Assembly: GCA_963733095.1 (NCBI GenBank)
Contig: CAVTBV010000002.1
Span: 78,664-142,663 of the forward strand
Length of the DNA stretch: 64,000 bases
Direction of reading: 5' to 3'
DNA from: Candidatus Bathyarchaeota archaeon
Lineage (GTDB): Archaea; Thermoproteota; Bathyarchaeia; Bathyarchaeales; Bathycorpusculaceae
In this document: one piece after another, positions 10,506-20,025 of the stretch
Layout: the number at the start of each line of letters is the position of its first letter
Numbering within the stretch: the first letter of the stretch is position 1
The notes under the pieces: model-generated
The model's input: the letters and a program-made list of their open reading frames with translations, nothing else
What the model was told of the DNA's origin: nothing
Databases searched by the model: none
Made by a program: the position numbers and the translations under genes

Positions 10506-12592
10506 AGCTTGAAATTGTCCAGTTGGAAAACATCCGCAGCCACACCAAATCTACGGTACCTTTCACCCGCGGATTTAACTGTTTAGTTGGCGGCGTAGGT
10601 CGCGGTAAATCCAGCGTCTTATACGCAGTGGATTTTGTGTTGTTCGGTGACACGATTGGCAGTCGAAGTTTTGAGTATTTGATGCGGGAAGACGCTGACT
10701 GGTGCAGGGTTACACTGCAGTTTACGCATAATGGCAAAACCTACAAGCTAACACGGGGATTGAGGCGGAAAGGCAAAAACATCAACCAAGATTTTGAGCA
10801 GCTCAAGCTGTATGAAGATGAAAAGCTTATTGCCAGCATGAAAACCGATGCCATCACTGAACAATTAAAGGCAGTCACAGGTTTAGACAGGGATCTTTAC
10901 CGTGAAATCGTCTGGTTTAGGCAAGAACACCTCAAGGAGCTTTTGGATGCTAAACCACGCGATAGACAAACACGCTTAGACGGGCTGTTTGGTTTGTCAG
11001 ATTATGAAGTTGCATGGAGCAACATTGCACAGTACCAACGCGACTATGACACAGAGAAACGAATTTTCGAAAAAGATCCCGATGTTATAGGTTTAGAGAA
11101 ACTCAGCAACGAGTACAACAGGGCAAGCGAAGAATTCACCTTCTTGGAGATGGATTTAGAAACCTTAACTCAGAAACTGTCCGTTGCTAAGCGAGTGCTG
11201 GATGAAGCAAACGCAGAACTCAATCGACTCGAAGAGAAAAAATTGGCTGTAGAAGAGCTCAAGCTCAAAGAAACCCGAATAAACACTAACATAGCCAACA
11301 TGACCAACACATTGGCGTCACTCACCCAACGTATAGAAGATAAAAAAACAGTAATTAACAATTTGAGGCTACGCCAGAGCTCTCTTGACGCTCAAACCAA
11401 AATTTGTTTGGGCAAACTTGATCAAGCAGGATTACCCACCAACCAGTCCATGGACCAGTTGGGTTCTTGTTTGGCAGGGTTTGACGACAAAATCAGTAGT
11501 TTGAAAGCGGAACAGGAATCTACTTCGAGAAGCATGCAAACCGACAAGAAAAGAGCAGGCGAATTGGCTGAAGAAAGCAAGTGTCCGCTTTGTGTTCAAC
11601 CTTTAACTGGCGAATACAAGACTGGTTTGATACAGAGGATTCAGCAAGAGAATATTGAACGGGAAAAAACAATTAACCAGCTTAGACTTGAAGTGGTGAC
11701 TCTGCAAAAAACCAAAGCGGTCGCCCAAGAAGCATATTCTAACCTGCAAACCTGCATTACTCGCAATGCCGATTTGAATGCGCGAATTCTTGAAGAAGAA
11801 AACAACCTCACTCGCCTTACATCCGAACTGGGCGAGAAACAAAAGATGGAGACCGATTTGCTGGCTCAATTAGAGGTGGTGGTGTTAGAAATTGCCAAAT
11901 TCAACCTCTTAGACGTAGAAGAAGCCCGTGCTCAACGGGAACGCGCTTTCAAGCAATATTATGTTGTAGAATCAGATTTACGCACTAAAGAGAACCGCAA
12001 AAAGGACCTCGCCCAACGCTTAGATGACGCTAAAGACCGCATCAACCTTGCACAGGAAAAACTAGAGCGAATAGAGAAAATTCGCAAGACTATCGAAGTT
12101 CTCGGTGCTATCCGAGATGCTTATCGCAGTATTCAGCCTAAACTGAGAAGCGAGTTTGTGAAAGTTCTACGTAACTTTGTCCAGCAGGTTCTCGACGGGT
12201 TAGTTGGAGGAGAGACACCGATGCTTAATGTTGTCATCGATGAGACTTATACACCGTATGTGAAGAGTGAGACAGGAGTGGACCGGGAAGTCAGTAACCT
12301 CTCAGGCGGTGAACGCACGCTTTTGGCGTTTGCTTACCGTTTAGGTTTGGGACAGTTGATTATGCAATCACGGACGGGGCATGGCTTGGGCATGCTGATG
12401 CTTGATGAACCCACGGAGAACTTGGGAAGCGAAGATGGCAGTATCGAGCGGTTAGCTGAAGCCATCAGCAGATTTAAAGCCATAGAACAAATAATCGCTG
12501 TTACTCATAGTGAAGCGTTTGCGGCAAAAGCCGACCACGTAATTATCCTTGAGAAAGAGGCTGGAATTAGCAAAATCTCCATCGAACGCTAA
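10502..12592 (+). CDS. rad50: Rad50/SbcC-family ATPase
   Basis: Walker A GGVGRGKSS, coiled coil, CPLC zinc hook, LSGGE, LDEPT, VTH. Confidence 0.88.
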   Translation: MKLEIVQLENIRSHTKSTVPFTRGFNCLVGGVGRGKSSVLYAVDFVLFGDTIGSRSFEYLMREDADWCRVTLQFTHNGKTYKLTRGLRRKGKNINQDFEQLKLYEDEKLIASMKTDAITEQLKAVTGLDRDLYREIVWFRQEHLKELLDAKPRDRQTRLDGLFGLSDYEVAWSNIAQYQRDYDTEKRIFEKDPDVIGLEKLSNEYNRASEEFTFLEMDLETLTQKLSVAKRVLDEANAELNRLEEKKLAVEELKLKETRINTNIANMTNTLASLTQRIEDKKTVINNLRLRQSSLDAQTKICLGKLDQAGLPTNQSMDQLGSCLAGFDDKISSLKAEQESTSRSMQTDKKRAGELAEESKCPLCVQPLTGEYKTGLIQRIQQENIEREKTINQLRLEVVTLQKTKAVAQEAYSNLQTCITRNADLNARILEEENNLTRLTSELGEKQKMETDLLAQLEVVVLEIAKFNLLDVEEARAQRERAFKQYYVVESDLRTKENRKKDLAQRLDDAKDRINLAQEKLERIEKIRKTIEVLGAIRDAYRSIQPKLRSEFVKVLRNFVQQVLDGLVGGETPMLNVVIDETYTPYVKSETGVDREVSNLSGGERTLLAFAYRLGLGQLIMQSRTGHGLGMLMLDEPTENLGSEDGSIERLAEAISRFKAIEQIIAVTHSEAFAAKADHVIILEKEAGISKISIER

Positions 12593-12783
12593 AACGCACA
12601 ATTAAGAATAGTCCTTCTTTTATTTCTTTTTCATGATAATTGTCTATTTCTCAAAGCTACTTTCCAATTCTATTTGTTAAGTCAATTTAAAAACTTGAAA
12701 TTTTATCGATTTCTAAAATAGACCTGATCATCTCTTGGAAAAGCTTATATCTTTTTTAATATTATGAGGTATTTGGTAATTCA

Positions 12784-13542
12784 ATGAAGACATCAAATAA
12801 CTTTAAGTTTTTAGCTCTGTTTTTGATCTCGTCAATAATTCTGGTAACTGCAGCAAGTACCACTACGTCTGTGAATGCGCAATCCCAAGCTTCCGTTTAT
12901 GTCTACAACTCTCAAGGTGGAAACGTAAGTGCTAATGGAACACAACTAACGCCAGCCACTACCTCCGATTATGCCGACGGTGACACTGTCGTTTACACAG
13001 CAACTCCTGGGGCTGGGTTTGCTTTCTTATGTTGGAATTGGATCAGCAGTTCAGCTCCAACGACTTCCATTGAAAGCACACTTACAGAGACACTCTCGGC
13101 ATCAGACGCCTGCGCTATACAGGCATTATTCGTCCCAATCACAAACGCAACTCAAATGCCATCAGGATCCGGATCAGCAACTGTCGTCATGCTACTTCCA
13201 GCAGGCGGAACCACAAGTCCTGAATCAGGGACTGCGACAGAATCTTCAAGCTCATACACAAACTACACTATTGGAGAAGCTTCTACTTTTACAGCTACCC
13301 CAAGCACTGACTTTAAATTCTTATATTGGCTAGTCGTCAGCTCAGAAGGCAGTTCCTACTTTACTGATAGTACAATCTCCTTGTACGTCCCTGCCAGCGA
13401 AGTTGCAATGCAAGCGTTCTTTGTTCCAAGCAGCAGCACCGTCGTAATAGATGAGTACTCAAACGTTGCAATAGCCATCCTCGCCGTAGTATTAGCTATA
13501 AGCGCATTCGGCGTCTTTGCGTTCAAAAGAAGAGCTAAATAA
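12784..13542 (+). CDS. Ser/Thr-rich surface protein with two InlB-B-repeat-like units
   Basis: Signal peptide; twice GG..S..TATP..F.FL.W..A.F; C-terminal DEY + TM + KRRAK. Confidence 0.7.
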   Translation: MKTSNNFKFLALFLISSIILVTAASTTTSVNAQSQASVYVYNSQGGNVSANGTQLTPATTSDYADGDTVVYTATPGAGFAFLCWNWISSSAPTTSIESTLTETLSASDACAIQALFVPITNATQMPSGSGSATVVMLLPAGGTTSPESGTATESSSSYTNYTIGEASTFTATPSTDFKFLYWLVVSSEGSSYFTDSTISLYVPASEVAMQAFFVPSSSTVVIDEYSNVAIAILAVVLAISAFGVFAFKRRAK

Positions 13543-13567
13543 TAATTTAAATTCTCTTTTTCTTTTT

Positions 13568-14410
13568 TTATTTTTCTTCGACCATTTGTGCATCTTTTAC
13601 TTCATAGGTTACTTCAGCGCTAGTTTTCATGTTAATTTGGTCTATTTCCTGTATCATTCGGTTCACCATTCTGCCAACTACCAGAACGAACACATTTAAG
13701 CCTCTTGAAGCAGCGATGGCAGCTGAACGGCTAATTCCGAATTCGATGTCTGCTTTAAGCTCCAGTTTGTTGAGGGCAGCTCTGCCCACTGCGCCCATGA
13801 CGCCGATTCGGTCGGGTTTGAATTCGTCATAGAAACCTTTGACTTTTGCCAAGTCTGCAGCGCGTGAGCCGCCTTTGCGTATACTGGGTAGTCTAACGAT
13901 GAGAATTTTTCCCTTTTTCACTTTGACCTTGCCATGCAAATCTCTCAACCCCAAGTCTTCACCCACCTTGGCATCAACGAGTGCTGTGCCCTTCGCTTCT
14001 GTTAGTTCGCTGTCTGGGCGAACGGTGTACATGACTCCTTCTTTCATAATCAAGCCGATTTCTTGTCCTGCTTTGATGGGTTGGGTAGCGATGGCTGGCC
14101 ATGCGTGTTCGATTTTTATGTCGTGTTTTAATTCGGTGACATAGTTTTCGAGGTTTCGTATGTCTTCCCGTAGTTTAGTTACAGCTTTTGGGGTTAGGTG
14201 GTAGTCGGCTCTTTCGGACCCAGCTTCTATTAGACCTTCTTTTGCTAGTTTTTTGAAGTATTTAGATATGGCTTGGATAGTTATGCCTAGTTTGTTGCTT
14301 ATGTCTTTTTGTTTGATGTGGGGTTGATTCCGCATGATTTCGAGGAGGATTTGGAATTTGGTGAATTCACCTTTGTCACGTAAAAGGATGGTTTGCTGTT
14401 TTTTGTACAC
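13568..14410 (-). CDS. Archaeal wHTH transcriptional regulator (COG1497-like)
   Basis: TKFQILLEI..KQKDISNKLGITIQAISKY HTH; WPAIA..I.AG.EIGL.M..G domain; AA.RGL. Confidence 0.85.
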   Translation of the reverse strand: MYKKQQTILLRDKGEFTKFQILLEIMRNQPHIKQKDISNKLGITIQAISKYFKKLAKEGLIEAGSERADYHLTPKAVTKLREDIRNLENYVTELKHDIKIEHAWPAIATQPIKAGQEIGLIMKEGVMYTVRPDSELTEAKGTALVDAKVGEDLGLRDLHGKVKVKKGKILIVRLPSIRKGGSRAADLAKVKGFYDEFKPDRIGVMGAVGRAALNKLELKADIEFGISRSAAIAASRGLNVFVLVVGRMVNRMIQEIDQINMKTSAEVTYEVKDAQMVEEK

Positions 14411-14427
14411 AGTTAATTCAACCTGAC

Positions 14428-14443
14428 TTTAACTTTAGTTAAA
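14428..14443. promoter_or_regulatory. Candidate operator TTTAACT-TT-AGTTAAA
   Basis: Perfect 7-2-7 inverted repeat in the 83-bp gap between the regulator and cbiM. Confidence 0.5.
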
Positions 14444-14493
14444 CAAATGTTAATAAGTATTCGGATGGGTAAGCCAACACAAGAGGGGTAGAA

Positions 14494-15141
14494 ATGCACA
14501 TCTCAGACGGAATACTCACACCACAATGGTGCATAGCTTGGTACATTTTAGCAGCAATTTTCGTAGCAGTAGGAGCAAGAGAAATTTCCAAAAGACGCAA
14601 AATCAACCCAGCATTCATGTCTATGGTTGGTCTTATGGGCGCAGCAGTCTTTGTAATTTCAGTATGGCACATCCCCGTACCAGTCACAGGGTCATGTTCA
14701 CACCCAGCAGGAACAGCTATGGCCGCAATGATAATTGGTCCATTCCCAACAGTAGTAATCTCCGCAATCGCTTTGTTCTTCCAAACATTCATTGGCCATG
14801 GCGGAATAACCACCATCGGCGCAAATACGATATCCATGGGAATCGTTGGAACCTTCACAGGGTACTTCACCTTCCGAGGCATGAAAAAGGCCGGTGCCTC
14901 AATTTGGCTCTCAGCAGGCTTAGGTGGATTAGTCGGCGATTTAATGACTTATGTAACGGCAGCTTTTGAACTTGCAATTTCAATACATCCCTCAAACCTA
15001 TTTACGTGGTGGGGGGTATTCACGCTGGGATATTTACCAACTCAAATTCCCCTCGCAATCTTGGAGTTCGGGTTCACAGCGGCAGCAGTACAATACATTG
15101 CAAATCATAGACCCGAACTGTTGAAATGGTGGTTGAAATAA
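14494..15141 (+). CDS. cbiM: Cobalt ECF transporter S component
   Basis: Diagnostic MHISDGIL N-terminus; GSCSHPAG, HGGITT.GAN. Confidence 0.95.
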   Translation: MHISDGILTPQWCIAWYILAAIFVAVGAREISKRRKINPAFMSMVGLMGAAVFVISVWHIPVPVTGSCSHPAGTAMAAMIIGPFPTVVISAIALFFQTFIGHGGITTIGANTISMGIVGTFTGYFTFRGMKKAGASIWLSAGLGGLVGDLMTYVTAAFELAISIHPSNLFTWWGVFTLGYLPTQIPLAILEFGFTAAAVQYIANHRPELLKWWLK

Positions 15142-15429
15142 ATGGATAAGTTCACAAAATACGCTTTATTGACTATGGTCTTGATTGTAGCAATCATGAC
15201 TGTCAGCGCCTACATTGGTTTCATAGTAGGCGGAAATGCAGCAACTGATGACAAAGTAAATAACATGGCAGGAGGAGGCACAGCCTATTCGCCATTAGAC
15301 ATTTCTAAATTGGGTTTAACAGGAGAATACGCTGGCTTCTTTACAGCGGCTGCCGTCGGCGGGTTAATAGTAGGCTACCTCTTTCCTTCGGTATTTAGTA
15401 ATAATGTCGTTTCAAGGAGGGAAAACTAA
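15142..15429 (+). CDS. cbiN: CbiN-like small membrane component
   Basis: Two TM segments with ATDD loop and E...F...A..GGL.VGY; position after cbiM. Confidence 0.75.
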   Translation: MDKFTKYALLTMVLIVAIMTVSAYIGFIVGGNAATDDKVNNMAGGGTAYSPLDISKLGLTGEYAGFFTAAAVGGLIVGYLFPSVFSNNVVSRREN

Positions 15430-15545
15430 TGCTGGAATGGCTATCAGGAGACCCTTTAGTTGGAATATTGATCACAATAGGTTTCTTTACTTTCCTCATT
15501 ATCGGAAGAAGCATGAAACTTAGAAAAATGAATCGAAAAAGATGA
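15429..15545 (+). CDS. 38-aa single-TM microprotein (not in ORF track)
   Basis: MLEWLSGDPLVGILITIGFFTFLIIGRSMKLRKMNRKR; AGGAGG upstream; TAATG and ATGA overlaps with both neighbours. Confidence 0.75.
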   Translation: MLEWLSGDPLVGILITIGFFTFLIIGRSMKLRKMNRKR

Positions 15546-16333
15546 ATGTAATGTATCACGTAAATCTTGAAGAATACACCGAAGGAAGCTCTGCACTGCA
15601 CAGATTGGATGCTAGAATTAAGGTCATATGTGCAGTGACCACGGTTTTCTGTATAGTATTTTTAGCTCATTGGTATGTTCCATTGCTTTTCTTTGCAACT
15701 TGTTTTGGACTAGTTCTTTACTCAAGAGCGTCGTTGAAAGTTTATTACCGAAGGCTTCTCATGCCAATTTCCCTCGTTGCATTCGTCGCTGTAATTATGC
15801 CCTTCACTTACGGGTCAATAGTGATTGCCAGAGTTCCAGGGCTAATGATTCCTATCTATTCAGACGGCATCTACTTTGGCGTCCTTGTGTTTATGCGTTG
15901 TATTGCAGCCGTTTCTGTTCTGAATTTGCTTATTCTTGTCACGCCCATCACAACGGTTATGGATTCACTAGCATGGTTCCGTGTTCCATCAGTAATTATA
16001 GATACGATGATGTTGATGTTTAGGTACATTGGCATTCTTTCCGAGGAGAGCACAAGAATGTATAGAGCGCAGCAGTCACGATGTGGGCATTCACGCTCCG
16101 TAAGTTACCTAAAAAAAGTAGCTAATTACGGCAACATCGCAGGCGCACTTCTTTTAAGATCATTTGACAGAGCTATAAAAGTTGGCAACGCAATGACTTC
16201 AAGAGCATACACTGGAAAATATACGCTGTTTACCTATGAGAAAAAGAAGCTTCCTAAGTGGGACATTCTTGTAGGTTCATTAGTCGTAATTGCTAGTGTA
16301 AGCGTAGTTCTCATTGATGCGTTTATTCTGTAA
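15542..16333 (+). CDS. cbiQ: Cobalt ECF transporter T component
   Basis: S.LHRLDARIK, M.RYI, AQ.SR, AM.SR.Y. Confidence 0.93.
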   Translation: MNVMYHVNLEEYTEGSSALHRLDARIKVICAVTTVFCIVFLAHWYVPLLFFATCFGLVLYSRASLKVYYRRLLMPISLVAFVAVIMPFTYGSIVIARVPGLMIPIYSDGIYFGVLVFMRCIAAVSVLNLLILVTPITTVMDSLAWFRVPSVIIDTMMLMFRYIGILSEESTRMYRAQQSRCGHSRSVSYLKKVANYGNIAGALLLRSFDRAIKVGNAMTSRAYTGKYTLFTYEKKKLPKWDILVGSLVVIASVSVVLIDAFIL

Positions 16334-17223
16334 TGGAGCAAAGAATCTTGAAAGCAATTGAAACAATCGATTTAACCTACACATATCACGATGGAACAAA
16401 AGCCTTGAACAACATAAACTTCATGGTTGAAAAAGGCGAAAACATGGCCATTCTTGGACCAAATGGCGCTGGCAAATCAACGTTACTTCACCACTTTAAC
16501 GGACTACTGATGCCTACCTCGGGAAAAGTCCTTGTTCTAGAAAAACAAGTTGCCACTTCAGACCTTGACTGGGTAAGACAAAAAGTCGGTTTAGTGTTTC
16601 AAGACCCAGATGACCAATTATTCGCTCGTACTGTGGGCTTAGATGTTGCCTTTGGACCAGTAAACTTGGGTTTTCCACCTGCAGAGGTAAAGGCTCGAGT
16701 GAAATGGGCTCTGGAAGCCACCGAAATAGCGGATTTAGAAAATAAATCCCCTCAAAATTTGAGCACTGGACAGAAGAAGCGTGCGGCGATAGCTGGTGTG
16801 TTAGCTATGAAACCTGAGATAATAGTTTTAGATGAACCGATGGCTAACCTTGACCCTCGTACTGCGAGCAAAATTCTCAAGTTGCTTCTTCAGCTTAATC
16901 AGGAGTTAGGCTTAACATTGATTATAGCCACCCACGACGTTGATTTGGTTCCGCTCTTCGCAAACAAGATATGCATCTTAAACAAGGGACAAATCGTTCT
17001 CCAAGGCCCCCCTCAAGCGGTCTTCTCTCAAGCGGACGTTTTAAGAAGCATGGATTTGCGCCTTCCAAGAATAACTCACCTCTTTGAGATATTAGGCAAG
17101 AGGAATAGCTTATTTACCAGCAATAATTACCCGCTTACTATCGGAGAAGCACGAAGAGAAATAATGGAGCGCATAAAACCAAAAATGGATACAGCATCCC
17201 CTGACAACACGAATACAGTGTAG
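16333..17223 (+). CDS. cbiO: Cobalt ECF transporter ATPase
   Basis: [30 protein letters not shown]. Confidence 0.94.
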   Translation: MEQRILKAIETIDLTYTYHDGTKALNNINFMVEKGENMAILGPNGAGKSTLLHHFNGLLMPTSGKVLVLEKQVATSDLDWVRQKVGLVFQDPDDQLFARTVGLDVAFGPVNLGFPPAEVKARVKWALEATEIADLENKSPQNLSTGQKKRAAIAGVLAMKPEIIVLDEPMANLDPRTASKILKLLLQLNQELGLTLIIATHDVDLVPLFANKICILNKGQIVLQGPPQAVFSQADVLRSMDLRLPRITHLFEILGKRNSLFTSNNYPLTIGEARREIMERIKPKMDTASPDNTNTV

Positions 17224-17234
17224 GATAGTTAATT

Positions 17235-18047
17235 ATGACCCATCACTGGGGCTATGTCGGAGCAATCGCGTCTGCCCTCCTTTTCGGGAAAAGTACCACT
17301 TTAAACAAGATAGCCTCAACCAATGTTAATCCATCAATCGTGGCAGGGTTAATCTACCTTTTCGCTGGCCTCTTATTAGCAGCAATTCGTTTATCGCCGC
17401 TTCGCGGTCAAGTTATGCGGTTAATTAAGACTCTGACAAAAACTGAGCCAAAGTTATGAAGAAAAGAAGGCGTTTTTTGGGAGTTAGTGGTGCTTTCAGG
17501 CTCAATTATAGCGCCTTTAATGTACTGTTTACTGTTTTAAATGCGCTCGTTTTCTTAAGAGAACACTGCAAACCCGAAAGAATGAATAGGCATAACCTTG
17601 TTAATAGCAGGCGCTATTTTCTTGGCAACTAACGCACAATTCACCAGTCATTTTAGGCGCATGCTTGTTTTGGGGCACAGACAACAACCTCAGTAAGTTT
17701 CTTTGTAATAAGAAGGATTTAATTTTGGTGACAGCTTTAAAATGCTTGATTGGCGGCGGATGCCTTTTACTTCTGGCTTTTGTGCTTGGCTTGAGTTTTT
17801 ATGTTCCGCTTTAAGCTTTTCCCTACATCATTTCGGTTGGCGCATTTAGCAATAGTTTTTCGATTCTGTTCTTAATTGTGGGTTTGAAAGAAATTGGCTC
17901 CATAAGAACGGGAACCATCTATTCTACTTCAGCACTGTTTGGAGTTGTCTTCGCCTTGAAAGTCCTCAAGGAAACCATATCGGTTGTGCCGGCACTTGCT
18001 GGTTTAGTTATGGTTTAGGAATTTGCGTTCTTTACAAGAAGAAATGA
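17235..18047 (+). pseudogene. Decayed EamA/DMT-family transporter
   Basis: GYVGAIASALLFG start, then frame-broken pieces (FWG.DNNLSK, GLKEIGS.RTGTIYSTSALFG..FA..VLKE) with several stops. Confidence 0.8.
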
Positions 18048-18211
18048 ATCTATCTCCGTCGCGTTTATTTCTTTTTGTTAGGTAGTTTTGGTGAAGTGGT
18101 TCCTTAGGCACAACAAAAACCAGCTGGCAGGGAAGACTTTACCTTTTCTGTTTTGGAGTTTGGTTTGGGCTGCTTTCTGATTGTCCACGCTACAAGCAGA
18201 AGCGAAAAGAA

Positions 18212-18943
18212 TTAATTAGAAAGGTCGTAGCCTCGGGCAGTAACCATTTTATCGTTGATCACCTTGGTTGCCAAGTTGCCGACGACGATTGTTGTTACCA
18301 TGTCAATTTCGCAGTTAAGCATATCTTTGAGCGTTGTTATAACGGCGCTCTCCCCCTCTCTACCTGCCTGCCTAACGATGCCAACGGGCGTATCAGGCCT
18401 AATGTGCTTTAGCATTATTTCATAAGCCTTCGCCAACGGCTCAATTCTTCCCTGGCTCCGAGGGTTGTAGAGAACAATTGAGAAATCTGCAGATGCTGCG
18501 GCATCGATCCGGCGTTCAATTTTTTCCCAAGGAGTCAACAAATCGCTAAGACTGATTACCACAAAATCGCTGACTAACGGTGCTCCAAGGATTGCGGATG
18601 CAGCGGTGGCGGCAGTGACTCCTGGAACAATCTCAACTTTCACGGGAGTTTTGTTTTTTGCGGCAACTTCTAAAACTACACCTGCCATGCCATAGACGCC
18701 GGGGTCTCCGCTACTGACAATTACAACGAGTTTGTCCTCTTTCGCTTTGTCCACTGCAATTTGGGCGCGTTCAACTTCTTTACCCATTGTGCCAGAAACA
18801 ACTTCAGCTTTCTTTTTCACAATGGATTGGATAAGTTTGATGTATGTTCCATAACCTACAACTACGTCGGCATTCTCAATTTCTCTTCGAGCTTTAGGGG
18901 TTAAATGTTCAAGGCTCCCGGGTCCAATGCCGACAACGCTTAT
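18212..18943 (-). CDS. cbiH: Cobalt-factor III/precorrin-3B C17-methyltransferase (start uncertain)
   Basis: VVGIGPG, SSGDPGVYGMA, ISLSDLLTPW, LYNPRS, RGY. Confidence 0.93.
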   Translation of the reverse strand: MSVVGIGPGSLEHLTPKARREIENADVVVGYGTYIKLIQSIVKKKAEVVSGTMGKEVERAQIAVDKAKEDKLVVIVSSGDPGVYGMAGVVLEVAAKNKTPVKVEIVPGVTAATAASAILGAPLVSDFVVISLSDLLTPWEKIERRIDAAASADFSIVLYNPRSQGRIEPLAKAYEIMLKHIRPDTPVGIVRQAGREGESAVITTLKDMLNCEIDMVTTIVVGNLATKVINDKMVTARGYDLSN

Positions 18944-20025
18944 TCGCCCTCGGCCACTGCCACCGTTACCCCGTTTAACTTGGTTTTTTTGAGTAGTAGT
19001 TTTGAGTTTTTTCCCGCTATCAGTAGTGCTGCTCGTTCGCATACTCCTCCAACACCGATTTTTTCCTGAACCATCGCTGAGTCAGGCGAAAGATCCTGGT
19101 GATTTAAAGAACGAAGTGCATCGACACTTAAAAACTCAAGCGGCGCCCCCAACCGCTTTACAGCTTCCACCATGGGCTTTGAGGTTTTTTTGATGTCGAC
19201 GGTGGCAAAAGCGTTAACCCGCTCCAAGGGAATGCGGATTCGCTCTAACACTGTGTCGACTGCTTCGACTATGCTGTCGGTGGTAGAATCTTTGCGTGCA
19301 CCCAACCCAACAACGATAGATTTGGTTTTGAGTATAGTGAATGGTTTGACGAACTTTACAATCGACAAGGGCTTGTCGGTAATTATTATACCCGCATCGT
19401 AGTCGTTAATGATTTCCAGCGCTTGAACGCCATTCTCGGCTTTTTTGATATCATAGCAGCTGAGTTGGTTTGTTGGGATTTTGACGTCATCAGTTAACAC
19501 GACAATCAATCGGTCGCCGTTCACTATGGCAGCGTTAACTGCGATGAGGCTTTCGGGGTTTTCGATGGTTAGATGCAGGTTTTTTGCGATTTCGTCAGTG
19601 CTCGTTTTGCCTGTGACCTCGGAGGCGGTGGTGATTACGGGTGTTGCTCCTATGCCTTTGGCGATTGTTCGCGATAGTTCGTTTGCGCCGCCGTAATGTC
19701 CTGACAGCAGGCTTATGACGAATTTTCCTGTAGCGTCTACACCGACTACTGCGGGGTCAGTTAGTTTGCTTTCCAGAAGGGGTGCAACTGCCCTAATAGT
19801 TATGCCGGTTGCCATCACAGAAACAAATGCATCCACGGAACTGTAATTGTCTTTAACAAATTCACCGAATTTTTTTTCTAAAATTACAACACCGTTTTGG
19901 CTGTATTTCTTTGGGGCATATACCCTCGCATTCAAACCAGAGGCATCCAACGCTTCCCTAATCTTTAGCGCAGTATCTACGCCGCGTCTTGTAATTGCAA
20001 CAACAGCAATCCCTTTGGCATACAT
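18940..20025 (-). CDS. cbiG: Cobalt-precorrin-5A hydrolase
   Basis: DPAVV, ISLLSGHYGGAN, VITTA, GVCERAAL. Confidence 0.94.
   Translation of the reverse strand: MYAKGIAVVAITRRGVDTALKIREALDASGLNARVYAPKKYSQNGVVILEKKFGEFVKDNYSSVDAFVSVMATGITIRAVAPLLESKLTDPAVVGVDATGKFVISLLSGHYGGANELSRTIAKGIGATPVITTASEVTGKTSTDEIAKNLHLTIENPESLIAVNAAIVNGDRLIVVLTDDVKIPTNQLSCYDIKKAENGVQALEIINDYDAGIIITDKPLSIVKFVKPFTILKTKSIVVGLGARKDSTTDSIVEAVDTVLERIRIPLERVNAFATVDIKKTSKPMVEAVKRLGAPLEFLSVDALRSLNHQDLSPDSAMVQEKIGVGGVCERAALLIAGKNSKLLLKKTKLNGVTVAVAEGE

Noticed and set aside
14410-14494. Cobalamin riboswitch upstream of cbiM
   Set aside because: Gap too short and no B12-box consensus
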